From: an uncultured Candidatus Rokubacteria bacterium
GTDB taxonomy: Bacteria > Methylomirabilota > Methylomirabilia > Rokubacteriales > CSP1-6
Direction: 5' to 3'
Assembly (NCBI GenBank): GCA_963758635.1
Contig: CAVWWD010000004.1
Location: 224,001 to 288,000 of the forward strand
DNA: 64,000 nt
The notes under the pieces: generated by a model
Seen by the model: the letters and a program-made list of their open reading frames with translations, nothing else
What the model was told of the DNA's origin: nothing
The model's database searches: none
In this document: piece by piece, positions 31,371 through 41,448 of the stretch
How the letters are laid out: each line of letters begins with the position of its first letter
Position numbering within the stretch: position 1 is the first letter of the stretch
Position numbers and translations under genes: made by a program

Positions 31371-31485
31371 GGCCGCTCGACCGGGACGATCGCGGTGGGG
31401 GGACCGCAAGCAGTGGGAGGAGACGTCGGCTCGCGGACTGAAGGTCGTGTCCGTCATGCGGAGGAGGCAACAGCGGATGGAGGGG

Positions 31486-31632
31486 GGACGGAGGGGGAGG
31501 CACCCGGGGTCGCGGGGCCCTTCCCCGCCATCGGTCAGCGGAGATCGCCGCGCCCGGATGGAGCCCAGCCGCAACGGGGCAGCGCACGCGTGCGGCGTGG
31601 CTCCGCGATCCCCGGTGCCTCCCCCTCCGTCC
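31486..31632. repeat. MITE-like element with 34-bp terminal inverted repeats
   Basis: 31486-31519 and 31599-31632 are reverse complements at 31/34 positions; lies between convergent genes. Confidence 0.75.
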
Positions 31633-31666
31633 TGCCCTCGCGCGCCTGATTCGCGCGGCGTGAACG

Positions 31667-32470
31667 CTAGAGCCGGGAGGCGAGCGCCGCCACGCGCTCG
31701 CGGGCCGCGTCGTCGAAGCGACGCGCCACGCCCACCGCGCAGTTGTCCTCCGCGTGCCGCGGATCGCGCGTGGCCGGAATGCTGACGCTCACCCGCGGAT
31801 CGCTCACCCCCCAGTTGAGGAGCGCCTGCGCCCAGGTCGTGAGGCCGTACTCGGCGAGGAACGCGAGCTCGCGCGCGGGCGGCGCCTCGCGCGCGAGCCG
31901 GCCGACGCCGAGCGGCCGCATCAGGATCACGCCGATGCCGTGGGCGGCGGCGAGGGGAAGCAGCACGCGCTCCACCTCGCGATCTTGCGGGTTGTACGGG
32001 ACCTGGACGGCGGTGACGCGGCCGGTCTCCATGATCGTGGCCATCCGCCCGAACGCGCTCGGGCTGTAGTGCGTGATGCCGATCGCGCGCACCTTTCCCG
32101 CCGCGCGCAGCTCCTCGAGGTGGGGCAGGTGGGTCTCCCACGCTTCCAGGTTGTGGATCTGGTAGAGGTCCACGACCCCGCCGTACCACTCGAGCGCCCG
32201 GCGGATCTGCTCGCGTCCCTCGCGCCCGGACGAGGACCAGACCTTGGTGGCCACGAGCGCCCCGGCCCGCCGCGCCCCGAGGGTCTCGGCGAGCACGCGC
32301 TCGGCGGCGCCGTACATGGGCGAGGAGTCGAAGAGCCGGGCGCCGCGCGCCAGGGCCACGTCCACGACCGGCTGCACCGCGGCCGCCTTGCGCACGTCGA
32401 AGGTCTGCCACGTGCCCATCCCGATCACGGGCACCGTGAGTCCGCTCGTGCCGAGGTCGCGCTGTTCCAT
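31667..32470 (-). CDS. Aldo/keto reductase
   Basis: IGMGTW, FDSSPMYG, VATK, DLYQIHN and GKVRAIG motifs. Confidence 0.92.
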   Translation of the reverse strand: MEQRDLGTSGLTVPVIGMGTWQTFDVRKAAAVQPVVDVALARGARLFDSSPMYGAAERVLAETLGARRAGALVATKVWSSSGREGREQIRRALEWYGGVVDLYQIHNLEAWETHLPHLEELRAAGKVRAIGITHYSPSAFGRMATIMETGRVTAVQVPYNPQDREVERVLLPLAAAHGIGVILMRPLGVGRLAREAPPARELAFLAEYGLTTWAQALLNWGVSDPRVSVSIPATRDPRHAEDNCAVGVARRFDDAARERVAALASRL

Positions 32471-32477
32471 GCGCGCC

Positions 32478-32526
32478 AGTGTAGCGCCCCGGCTGCCTTG
32501 ACACTCCCGGGCCGTCTCCCTACCTT
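32478..32526. promoter_or_regulatory. Divergent sigma-70 promoters driving probable leaderless transcripts
   Basis: Plus strand: TTGACA-N17-TACCTT, then 6 nt to GTG 32533. Minus strand: TACACT (32483-32478), then 7 nt to ATG 32470. Confidence 0.6.
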
Positions 32527-32532
32527 GAGGCC

Positions 32533-34329
32533 GTGAACCAGCTGACGCCGCTCCTCGAGCGGGCGCGGAGCGCGCTCGCCGAGGGCCACCTCGGGGAGGC
32601 GGAGGCCTGCGCGCGGAGCGCGCTGGCGATCGCGCCGCGCACGTTCGTCGCCCACTTCCGGCTCGGCATGGTCCTCGAGCGCCAGCGCCGGTGGGCGGAC
32701 GCGGAGTCCGCGTTCCGCCAGGCCGTGGCGCTCCGGCCCGCGCACGTGCTGGCGTGGCTCCGCCTCGGCGCCGTGTGCCGGCGGCAGGGCCACCGCGAGG
32801 AAGAGGAGCGCGCGCTGCGCCAGGCGGTGGCGCTCGCGCCCTTCAGCGCCGACGCGCGACATCAGCTCGGCGTCACGCTCCGCCGCCTGGGCCGGCACGC
32901 CGAGGCGGAGGCGGCGCTCCGCCGCGCGCTCGCGCTCGCGCCCGGCAACGCCATCGCGCGCGACGACCTCGGGCTGACCCTCTACGCGCAGCGGCGCTAC
33001 GCGGAGGCGGCCGACGCCTTCGCCGCGGCGTCGGCGCGGGCTCCGCGCATGGCGCGGCTCCAGGTGCACCTGGGCGGCGCGCTCCGGCGCCAGCGCCGCT
33101 GGCGCGACGCGGCGGGCGCGTACCGTGAGGCGATCCGTCTCGGCGCCCCCGGGGCGCGGGTGTCGGGCCGGCTCGGCCTGGTGCTCTGGCGGCTCCGGCG
33201 CTACCGCGACGCGGCGAGCGCGTTCCGCCAGGCGGTGCGGCTCGATCCGCACCGGCCCGGCTATCGCGCCGGCCTCGGCCGGGTCCTCGAGCGCCAGGGC
33301 AAGTACGAGGAAGCCGAGGCCGCGTTCCGCGAGGCGATCCGCCTCGCCCCCGAGCGGCTCGGCGCGTATCGTGAGCTCGCCGCGGTGCTGCGCCGTCAGG
33401 GCAAGTGGTCGGCGGAGGCCGAGATCCACGCCCGGGCCATCGCGCTGGACCCGACCGATCCTCACCTGCACACCGACCTGGGCTTCGCGCTGTCCGCCCA
33501 GGGGCTCAACGTCGAGGCCGAGCACGCGTTCCGCCGCGCCGTGGAGCTTTCGCCCGACAACGCCGACCTGCGTGTCGAGATGGGGATCGCGCTCGGCCGG
33601 CAGGGGCGCCACGCGGAGGCGGAGACGGCGCTGCGCGAGGCCGTCCGGCTGAACCCCGGTGACGTCGTCGCGCGCGGCAACCTCGCTCTCGGCCTCGGGC
33701 GGCAGGGGCGGTACGCGGAGTCCGAGGCGGCGTACCGCGAGGCGCTCGTCCTCCGGCCGGAAGGCGCCGCGCTCCAGCGCGGCCTGGGCGTGGTGCTCTA
33801 CTTCCAGCGCAAGCTCGACGCGGCCGAGGCGGCGTTTCGCGAGGCGGCGCGGCTCCGTCCGAACTACGCGCGCGCGTTCGCCGACCTGGGCGAGCTGCTC
33901 AGCGAGCAGGGCCGGATACGCGAGGCCGTCGAGGCGTACCGGCAGGCCGTCGCCGCCAAGCCGGACAGCGCGATCAGCCAGCGCGGCCTCGGCGCCGCGC
34001 TCCTCGCCGAGGGCCGGTACGCCGAGGCCGAGGCGGCGTGCCGCGAGGCGCTCCGGCTCCGCCCGCTCGACGCCCAGGGCCACTTCTACCTGTGGGCGGC
34101 GCTCGAGCGGCAGGGCAAGTGGACCGAGTGCGTGGCCGCCTACCGCGAGACCATCCGGCTCAAGCCCGACCACGCCGAGGCGCACGCGCGGCTGGGCGCG
34201 GCGCTGATGCGGCTCGGCCTCACGCGGGAGGCCGTCGAGGCGTACCGGCGAGCGGTCGAGATCGAGCCGAGCGACCGGCGGTATCGCGTCGGCCTCGCCG
34301 GGGCCGAGCGCCGTCTGGGCGTCGCGTGA
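32533..34329 (+). CDS. Tetratricopeptide-repeat protein (TPRs along the whole length)
   Basis: Recurrent 34-aa units LG..L..QGRY.EAE.A.R.A..L.P. Confidence 0.9.
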   Translation: MNQLTPLLERARSALAEGHLGEAEACARSALAIAPRTFVAHFRLGMVLERQRRWADAESAFRQAVALRPAHVLAWLRLGAVCRRQGHREEEERALRQAVALAPFSADARHQLGVTLRRLGRHAEAEAALRRALALAPGNAIARDDLGLTLYAQRRYAEAADAFAAASARAPRMARLQVHLGGALRRQRRWRDAAGAYREAIRLGAPGARVSGRLGLVLWRLRRYRDAASAFRQAVRLDPHRPGYRAGLGRVLERQGKYEEAEAAFREAIRLAPERLGAYRELAAVLRRQGKWSAEAEIHARAIALDPTDPHLHTDLGFALSAQGLNVEAEHAFRRAVELSPDNADLRVEMGIALGRQGRHAEAETALREAVRLNPGDVVARGNLALGLGRQGRYAESEAAYREALVLRPEGAALQRGLGVVLYFQRKLDAAEAAFREAARLRPNYARAFADLGELLSEQGRIREAVEAYRQAVAAKPDSAISQRGLGAALLAEGRYAEAEAACREALRLRPLDAQGHFYLWAALERQGKWTECVAAYRETIRLKPDHAEAHARLGAALMRLGLTREAVEAYRRAVEIEPSDRRYRVGLAGAERRLGVA

Positions 34330-34342
34330 TGGGCGGGATCGG

Positions 34343-35175
34343 GTGATGGACGAGTTCCTCCACGCCAACCGCGAGCTCTGGAACACGTGGGCGAAGGTGA
34401 ACTTCGCCTCGGAGCTCTACGACGTGGAGGGCTTCGTGGCGGGGCGGAGCGGCGACCTGGACCCGGTGGTGCGCGCGGGGCCGGGCGACGTCCGCGGCAA
34501 GTCGCTCCTCCACCTGCAGTGCCACTTCGGGATGGACACCCTCCGCTGGGCGCGGCACGGGGCGACGGTGACGGGCGTGGACTTCTCGGAGACGGCCATC
34601 GCGTCGGCGCGCGCGCTCGCCGCGCGCATGGGGGTTTCCGCGACGTTCGTGCACGCGGACGTGTACGCGCTGCCCGAGCGCCTCCACGGCCGCTTCGACG
34701 TGGTGTTCACCTCGATCGGCGTGCTGGGCTGGCTGCCGGACCTGGACGGCTGGGCCCGGGTCATCGCGCACTTCCTCGAGCCGGGCGGCACGTTCTCGAT
34801 CACCGAGGTGCATCCGTTCACGGTGATCTTCGACGACCGCGTGAAGGAGCCCGAGCTCCGACTGCTCTACCCGTACTTCCACGGGCGCGAGCCGATGCGC
34901 GAGGAGGTGGACGGCTGCTACTCGGCGCCCGACGCGCCCTGGAAGAGCGTCCAGCACGTGTGGCTGCACACCATGGCGGACATCATCGGCGCGCTCTGCC
35001 GCGCCGGGCTGCGCATCGAGTCGCTGGAGGAGTACCCGTTTCTCGCGTGGCGGTTCTTCCCGTGGATGGTGCAGGACGCGGACGGCCGATGGCGCCTGCC
35101 CGAGCATCCCGCCGTGCCCCAGGGCCGGGGAGCCTGCCCCTCATGTTCTCGCTGAAGGCCACCCGCCCCTCCTAG
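34343..35175 (+). CDS. Class I SAM-dependent methyltransferase; frameshift near 35120
   Basis: LLHLQCHFGMDT, GVDFS and FDVVFTSIGVLGWLPDL motifs; the C-terminus LPLMFSLKATRPS* is in the next frame. Confidence 0.9.
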
Positions 35176-35630
35176 CCAGCCCCACGCGGTCGGAGGAGGT
35201 CCAGATGCAGCGGCGCCCGACGGCCGTCGCGAGGCGTAGCCGCGTTGAGCGGACGGCCGAGGGCGCCACGAGCAGCTGGGCCTCCGGCCGCGTGGCGCCG
35301 CTCCGCCCGCCGGGCCGGCTTGATCACGAGCTCGTGATCCGTCGGGACCTCGGCGAGCAGCGCGTCCCACGCCTGCTCGACCTGGAACTCCCAGCCCGCC
35401 GGCGTCGAGAGCACCACGCGGCCCGCGCGCCACGGCATGGCCGGGCGCACGTCGATGGCCATCAGGGGCTCGCCGCGGAACAGGCGACGCAGGCGAGCGT
35501 GGATGCGCGCGTGCACGATGAGCGCCTGGTCGTTCCGGCGATCGAGGAAGTTGCGCCACGCGAGGGGGCCGAGGGTCAGGAGACCGACGAGCACGCTGCC
35601 GAAGATCGCTTCCATGGCCGATTCCTCCAT
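35172..35630 (-). CDS. Hypothetical protein with N-terminal membrane anchor
   Basis: GGAGG RBS before MEAIFGSVLVGLLTLGPLAW; protein-like composition; 3' end uncertain. Confidence 0.55.
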   Translation of the reverse strand: MEESAMEAIFGSVLVGLLTLGPLAWRNFLDRRNDQALIVHARIHARLRRLFRGEPLMAIDVRPAMPWRAGRVVLSTPAGWEFQVEQAWDALLAEVPTDHELVIKPARRAERRHAAGGPAARGALGRPLNAATPRDGRRAPLHLDLLRPRGAG

Positions 35631-35814
35631 GCATGTTCCGACGCGGGGAGGTGGCGCGGGGATTCCGGGAGAGCGCGGCGCGGGGCGGACTCAGGTCGCG
35701 CGCGTGGGGGCCGCGCCGGCGGTCTCGCGGTCGGCCCGGCCCGGCGGTCGGCGCCGGCCGGCGTGATAGTATCCGTCCGCGCGCGCCAACGGCGCGGCGC
35801 TTCAAGGAGGCCGG

Positions 35815-36633
35815 ATGACGAGACGTTCGAGCCGCCGCGACCCCATGACGCACGCCCGGCGCAGCGTCCGCGCGCTCAAGGGCTTCGTGTTCGACCTCGA
35901 CGGCTGCGTGTGGACGGGCGACGTGCTCGTGCCCGGCGCGGCCGACGTGCTCGCCCTCCTGCGCGAGCAGGGCCGCGCCGTCGCCTTCCTCACCAACAAC
36001 TCCCGCGCGCGCGCGGAGACCATGCGCGCGAAGCTCGAGCGGCTCGGCATCGAGGCCCGGCCCGGCGAGGTGCTCACGCCGCTCGAGATCCTCGGCGAGG
36101 TGATCTCCGCGCGCTGGGGCCCGTCCGCCGTGCTCGTCATCGGCGGCGAGGAGGTCGAGTGCGCGCTGATCGACGGCGGCCACCGCGTGGTGCCGGTGGA
36201 CCGCGCGCGCGAGGCCACGGTGGTCGTGGTCGGCAACGACTTCGTCTTCTCGTACGAGCGCCTGACCGCGGCGGCGCGCGCGGTGGCCGCGGGGGCGGCG
36301 TTCCTCACGCCCAACCTCGACGCGCGGCTGCCCGTAGAGGGCGGCGAGTTCCTGCCCGGCTGCGGCGCCATCGTGGAGGCGGTGGCGACGGCGGCGGGCG
36401 TGCGCCCGATCGTGGTCGGGAAGCCCGAGCCGCCGCTCTTCGAGCTCGCGCTCGGACGCATGGGGATCACCGCGGAGGACGCCGCCATGGTCGGCGACAG
36501 CGTCGACTCCGACATCCGCGGCGCCCGTCGCGTCGGGATGACCGCCATCCTCTTCGCGCCCACGGGCGGCATCGACGGCGTGGCGCACTACATGGTGCGC
36601 TCGATGGCCCAGCTCCGGAGGCTGATCTCGTGA
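35815..36633 (+). CDS. HAD-IIA family hydrolase (NagD-like)
   Basis: FDLDG, FLTNNS, VGKP and MVGDSVDSDI motifs. Confidence 0.93.
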   Translation: MTRRSSRRDPMTHARRSVRALKGFVFDLDGCVWTGDVLVPGAADVLALLREQGRAVAFLTNNSRARAETMRAKLERLGIEARPGEVLTPLEILGEVISARWGPSAVLVIGGEEVECALIDGGHRVVPVDRAREATVVVVGNDFVFSYERLTAAARAVAAGAAFLTPNLDARLPVEGGEFLPGCGAIVEAVATAAGVRPIVVGKPEPPLFELALGRMGITAEDAAMVGDSVDSDIRGARRVGMTAILFAPTGGIDGVAHYMVRSMAQLRRLIS

Positions 36634-36703
36634 CCCGCGCAGAATACGGTAACCGCCACGGGCCCCTACAGTCCTACCGCTCGGCGTTCGTCTGATGCGC
36701 GGG
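36632..36703. repeat. Dispersed intergenic repeat family B, copy 1
   Basis: 36639-36700 is 54/62 identical to 39105-39166; bounded by the inverted repeat CCCGCGCA/TGCGCGGG. Confidence 0.75.
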
Positions 36704-36711
36704 GCTTATTC

Positions 36712-37425
36712 GTGACCATGCGCGTGCTGCTCCACTCGGGAGGGCCGCTCGGGCTGGAGGGCCGAGCCGAGGTGCGCCGGTTCCTCCAGGCGCCGGGCGG
36801 GGCGCTCCCGCGCGTGGCGTTCATCACCGCGGCGTCGCTGGGAGACGAGGCGCTCTCCTTCGAGCGGGTGCGGGCGGGCCTCGCCCCGCCGCCGCCCGAG
36901 GGCGCCGGGCTCGACGTGATCCACCTGCGCTGGCGGCACGATCCCCTCGCCACCCTCGCCGCGGCCGACGCCGTCTTCATGGGCGGCGGGAACACCTACG
37001 CGCTCCTCAAGCGGCTGCGGGAGACAGGGCTGCTCGACGCCATCCGGGACCGGGTGCGGGCGGGGACGCCGTACATGGGGGCGAGCGCCGGCTCGAACGT
37101 GGCCGGCCCGACGATCCTCACGACGAACGACTGGAACGTGGTCGCGCTGGACCGGTTCGACGCGCTGGGCCTCGTCGGCTTCAACATCAACCCGCACTAC
37201 AAGGAAGCCGATCCCGCGATGGCCGCGTTCAGCGAGACCCGGGACGACCGCATCCGCGAGTACCACGTGGTGAACGCCAATCCCGTGGTGGGGCTCGAGG
37301 AAGGGGCGCTCGTGAGCGTGATCGACGGGACCGCGACCGCGCTGGGCACCGCCCGCGTCAAGCTCTTCCGCCGCGGCGCGGAGCCCGCGTGGTTCAGCGC
37401 GGGCGACCGCCTGCCCGTGGCGTAG
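36712..37425 (+). CDS. pepE: Dipeptidase E (peptidase S51)
   Basis: GGGNT, GASAGSN, TTND, FNINPHY, ETRDDRIREY and GLEEG motifs. Confidence 0.9.
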   Translation: MTMRVLLHSGGPLGLEGRAEVRRFLQAPGGALPRVAFITAASLGDEALSFERVRAGLAPPPPEGAGLDVIHLRWRHDPLATLAAADAVFMGGGNTYALLKRLRETGLLDAIRDRVRAGTPYMGASAGSNVAGPTILTTNDWNVVALDRFDALGLVGFNINPHYKEADPAMAAFSETRDDRIREYHVVNANPVVGLEEGALVSVIDGTATALGTARVKLFRRGAEPAWFSAGDRLPVA

Positions 37426-37443
37426 CGCGCCCCGTTCGCCTCA

Positions 37444-37490
37444 TAGCGTTGCGAGGTGAGCCGCAGGCGAGCCGAGCGAATATGGAAGTG
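37444..37490 (-). repeat. Dispersed intergenic repeat family A, copy 2
   Basis: Reverse complement is 40/47 identical to 46194-46240; lies between convergent genes. Confidence 0.7.
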
Positions 37491-37498
37491 CGGTCGCC

Positions 37499-38274
<776 letters not shown>

Positions 38275-38439
38275 GATCAGGGAGCATGCTACCGGCGGCG
38301 CGGACCCGGCGCAATTGACAATGCCACGGCCGCCACCCATGATCCCCGTGATGTCCGGGCGATGCGCGGCGGCGCCGACGCTCCTGGCCGGCCTCTTCGT
38401 GCCGCGGCGCCGGTCGTCCACGCCCGGGGCGGGCGGCCC

Positions 38440-39081
38440 ATGACCGATCCGGGCGTCGCCCTCACCGACTACGCCCTCGGGATCGAGTGCGCCATCCTCG
38501 CCTGGCTCATCGGCCGGACCTCCACGCGGCACCCCGACGCGCGCACGTGGGCCGTGCTGTTCTTCGTGACCATCGGGCTCGCTGCCGTCCTCGGAGGCAC
38601 GGTGCACGGGTTCTTCCTCGACCCGTGGACCATCGGAGGCCTGCTGCTGTGGCCGGGCGCGCTCCTCGCCGTGGGCCTGACCGCGCTCACCGCGTGGGGC
38701 CTGGGCGCGACCGTCCTCCTCTCGCCCGGGGCGGCGTGCTGGGCCGTGATCGCCGCGGCCTGCGGGTTCGTCGCCTACGCGTTCGTGATCGGCGCGGCGC
38801 CGACCTTCGCGGTGGCGGTGGGGCACTACCTCCCCGCCGTCGTCTTCCTGCTCGCCGTCCTCCTCGTCGCGCATCGCCGCCGCCCCGAGGCCCCGGCGCT
38901 GGTCGGCGCGGCCGGGCTCGTGCTCACGCTGGCCGCGGCGCTCCTGCAGCAGGCGGGCGTCGGCGTGCATCGCGTCTACTTCAACCACAACGCGCTCCAC
39001 CACGTGCTGCAGGGGGTGGCGCTCGTCCTCGTCTTCGTCGGCGTCCGCTGGCTCGTGCAGACGACGACGCCCAGCTCCTGA
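38440..39081 (+). CDS. Integral membrane protein (DUF6962-like)
   Basis: About 7 TM helices; LTDY, GGTVHG and FNHNALHHVLQ motifs. Confidence 0.65.
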   Translation: MTDPGVALTDYALGIECAILAWLIGRTSTRHPDARTWAVLFFVTIGLAAVLGGTVHGFFLDPWTIGGLLLWPGALLAVGLTALTAWGLGATVLLSPGAACWAVIAAACGFVAYAFVIGAAPTFAVAVGHYLPAVVFLLAVLLVAHRRRPEAPALVGAAGLVLTLAAALLQQAGVGVHRVYFNHNALHHVLQGVALVLVFVGVRWLVQTTTPSS

Positions 39082-39097
39082 GGCGCCGCCGGCTCAG

Positions 39098-39166
39098 GAC
39101 CCTCGCAGAATGCGGTCACCGCCACGGGCCTCTACAATCCCACCGCTCGACATTGGTCTGATGCGC
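39098..39166. repeat. Dispersed intergenic repeat family B, copy 2
   Basis: Same orientation as, and 54/62 identical to, 36639-36700. Confidence 0.75.
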
Positions 39167-39176
39167 TGAGGCTCGA

Positions 39177-40115
39177 CTAGAGGGCGGGGAGGACGGTGCG
39201 CGCGAACAGCTCGAGCGCGGCGATGTCGTCCTGGTCGATCATCTGCAGGAGCGCCCGCTGCATCCCCGCCGCCTGCCACGTCGTGAGCGCGGCCGTCACC
39301 GCCTCGGGCGGGCCGGCGAGGAAGCTCGCCGCCCGCCAGCCCGCCTCGTCCGCGGGCAGGGACGGGAACTTCGCGCGCGCGGCGGCGATGCGGCGCGCGA
39401 CGTCGCGCGAGTCGCCGCCGATGGCGAGCGGGATCATCAGCGAGCGCCGGATCGTCTCGGGGTCGCGGCGCACGTCCGCGCAGTGCCGGGCCAGGACCTC
39501 GAGCTTCGCGCGGAAGCCCGCGGGATCCAGGCGCGTCACGTTCCACTCGTCGGCGAACTCGGCGGCGATGCGCAGCGTGCGCTTCTCGCCGCGGCCGCCG
39601 ACCACGAGGCGCAGGCGCCCGTGGGGCGGCAGCGGGAAGCTCTGGGCGGCGACCAGCGGGTAGTACGGCTGGTCGAGCGTCACCGGCTGGCCCGCGCCGA
39701 GCGCGCGGATGACGCGCGCCCCGCACTCGAGCCGGTCCATGCGCTCCTTCACGGACGGGAACGGCACCCCGTACATCCGGTGCTCGTACTCGTTCCACCC
39801 CGCGCCGATGCCGAGGTCGAGGCGGCCGCCGGACTGGACGTCCACCGCGGTCGCCATCTTCGCGAGCAGCGCTGGATGATAGAAGGTGATCGGGCTGACC
39901 ATGGGGCCGAAGCGGATCCGGCGCGTGCGCGTGGCGAGCGCGCCCAGTGACGCCCACGTCTCGATGCACGGCCGCCGCGCGTCGCCGGCGAGCCCGGTGA
40001 GATGATCGGATCGGCAGAGCGACTCGAAGCCGAGATCCTCCGCGGCGTCGGCGAGGCGGAGCCATCGCTCCCACGTGAGGCCTTCCTGTCCCTCGATCAT
40101 GATGCCGATGTGCAT
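39177..40115 (-). CDS. LLM-class (luciferase-like) flavin/F420-dependent oxidoreductase
   Basis: MHIGIMIEGQEG, RSDH, SGGRLDLGIGAGW and AEFADEWN motifs. Confidence 0.9.
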   Translation of the reverse strand: MHIGIMIEGQEGLTWERWLRLADAAEDLGFESLCRSDHLTGLAGDARRPCIETWASLGALATRTRRIRFGPMVSPITFYHPALLAKMATAVDVQSGGRLDLGIGAGWNEYEHRMYGVPFPSVKERMDRLECGARVIRALGAGQPVTLDQPYYPLVAAQSFPLPPHGRLRLVVGGRGEKRTLRIAAEFADEWNVTRLDPAGFRAKLEVLARHCADVRRDPETIRRSLMIPLAIGGDSRDVARRIAAARAKFPSLPADEAGWRAASFLAGPPEAVTAALTTWQAAGMQRALLQMIDQDDIAALELFARTVLPAL

Positions 40116-40191
40116 GAGCGGCGTCCTCCAGGGCGCGACGGGCTGTGGATCGCTTGACAGCTTACCGCGCATGGGGCCAGCATGAGGCGCG

Positions 40192-41436
40192 ATGTGCGCG
40201 GCCCCGAAGCGTCTCCTGCTCCTGATCCCGACCTCGACGTATCGCACCGAGGACTTCATGGCCGCCGCGACGCGGCTCGACGTGGACCTCGTCGTGGCGT
40301 CGGAGCGGCCGAACGTGATGGCCGGCGAGTTCCCGGAGCACCTGCTCACGCTGCCGTTCGACGATCCCGCCGCGGCCGAGGCCCAGATCCGCGCGTACGC
40401 GCGGGCGCGGCCGATCGACGCGGTGGTGCCCGTCGACGACGTGACCACGGTGACGGCGGCGACCGTCGCGGGCGCGCTCGGCCTCAAGGCCAACCCGGTG
40501 GCCGCCGTCGAGGCCGCGCGCAACAAGCTCGAGATGCGCGAGCGGCTCGCCAAGGCGGGCGTGCCCCAGCCGCCCTTCGCCGCCTTCGCCGTGGACGACG
40601 ATCCGCGCGGCGTGGCGCGCCGCGTGGGGTATCCGTGCGTGCTCAAGCCGCTGGTCCTCTCGGCGAGCCGAGGGGTCATCCGCGCCGACGACCCCGCCGA
40701 GCTCGCCGCGGCGTGGGCGCGCATCGCCGCCATCGTGCGGACGCCCGAGGTGCAGGCCCTGGGCGAGGGCGCCGGCCAGATCCTCGTCGAGGGCTTCGTC
40801 CCCGGCGTCGAGGTGGCGCTCGAGGGGCTGCTCGACGCCGGACGCCTCCACACGCTGGCGCTCTTCGACAAGCCCGACCCGCTCGACGGCCCGTTCTTCG
40901 AGGAGACGATCTACGTGACGCCCTCGCGCCTGCCCGCGGCGCAGCAAGCGGCCATCGCGGACTGCGCGGCGCGGGCCGCGCGCGCGCTCGGGCTCGAGGA
41001 CGGGCCCATCCACGCCGAGCTGCGCCTGAACACGGCGGGCCCGTGGCTCATCGAGCTGGCCGCGCGCTCGATCGGCGGCCTCTGCGCGCGGACGCTCACC
41101 TTCGGGACCGGGATGTCGCTGGAGGAGATCATCCTGCGGCACGCCCTCGATCTTCCCATCGCGTCGCTCGAGCGGGACCGGCGCGCCGCGGGCGTGATGA
41201 TGATCCCCATCCCGCGCGCGGGCACGCTCGTCCGCGTGGACGGGCTCGACGCCGCCCGCGCGGTGGAGGCGATCGAGGACGTCACGCTCAGCGCCCACGC
41301 CGGGCAGGCGCTCGTGCCCCTGCCGGAGGGCTCCGAGTACCTGGGCTTCATCTTCTCGCGCGCCGACACCCCCGCCGACGCCGAGCGCGCCCTCCGCGAA
41401 GCCCACCGCCGGCTGAGCTTCGTGATCACAGACTAG
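40192..41436 (+). CDS. ATP-grasp domain protein
   Basis: NKLEMRE, GYPCVLKP...ASRGV, ILVEGF, GPIHAE and IELAARSIGG motifs. Confidence 0.9.
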   Translation: MCAAPKRLLLLIPTSTYRTEDFMAAATRLDVDLVVASERPNVMAGEFPEHLLTLPFDDPAAAEAQIRAYARARPIDAVVPVDDVTTVTAATVAGALGLKANPVAAVEAARNKLEMRERLAKAGVPQPPFAAFAVDDDPRGVARRVGYPCVLKPLVLSASRGVIRADDPAELAAAWARIAAIVRTPEVQALGEGAGQILVEGFVPGVEVALEGLLDAGRLHTLALFDKPDPLDGPFFEETIYVTPSRLPAAQQAAIADCAARAARALGLEDGPIHAELRLNTAGPWLIELAARSIGGLCARTLTFGTGMSLEEIILRHALDLPIASLERDRRAAGVMMIPIPRAGTLVRVDGLDAARAVEAIEDVTLSAHAGQALVPLPEGSEYLGFIFSRADTPADAERALREAHRRLSFVITD

Positions 41437-41448
41437 GAGACATCGCTC

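Noticed and set aside
32533..34329. Periodic DNA similarity suggesting an array
   Set aside because: Explained by the 34-aa TPR coding repeats; not CRISPR.
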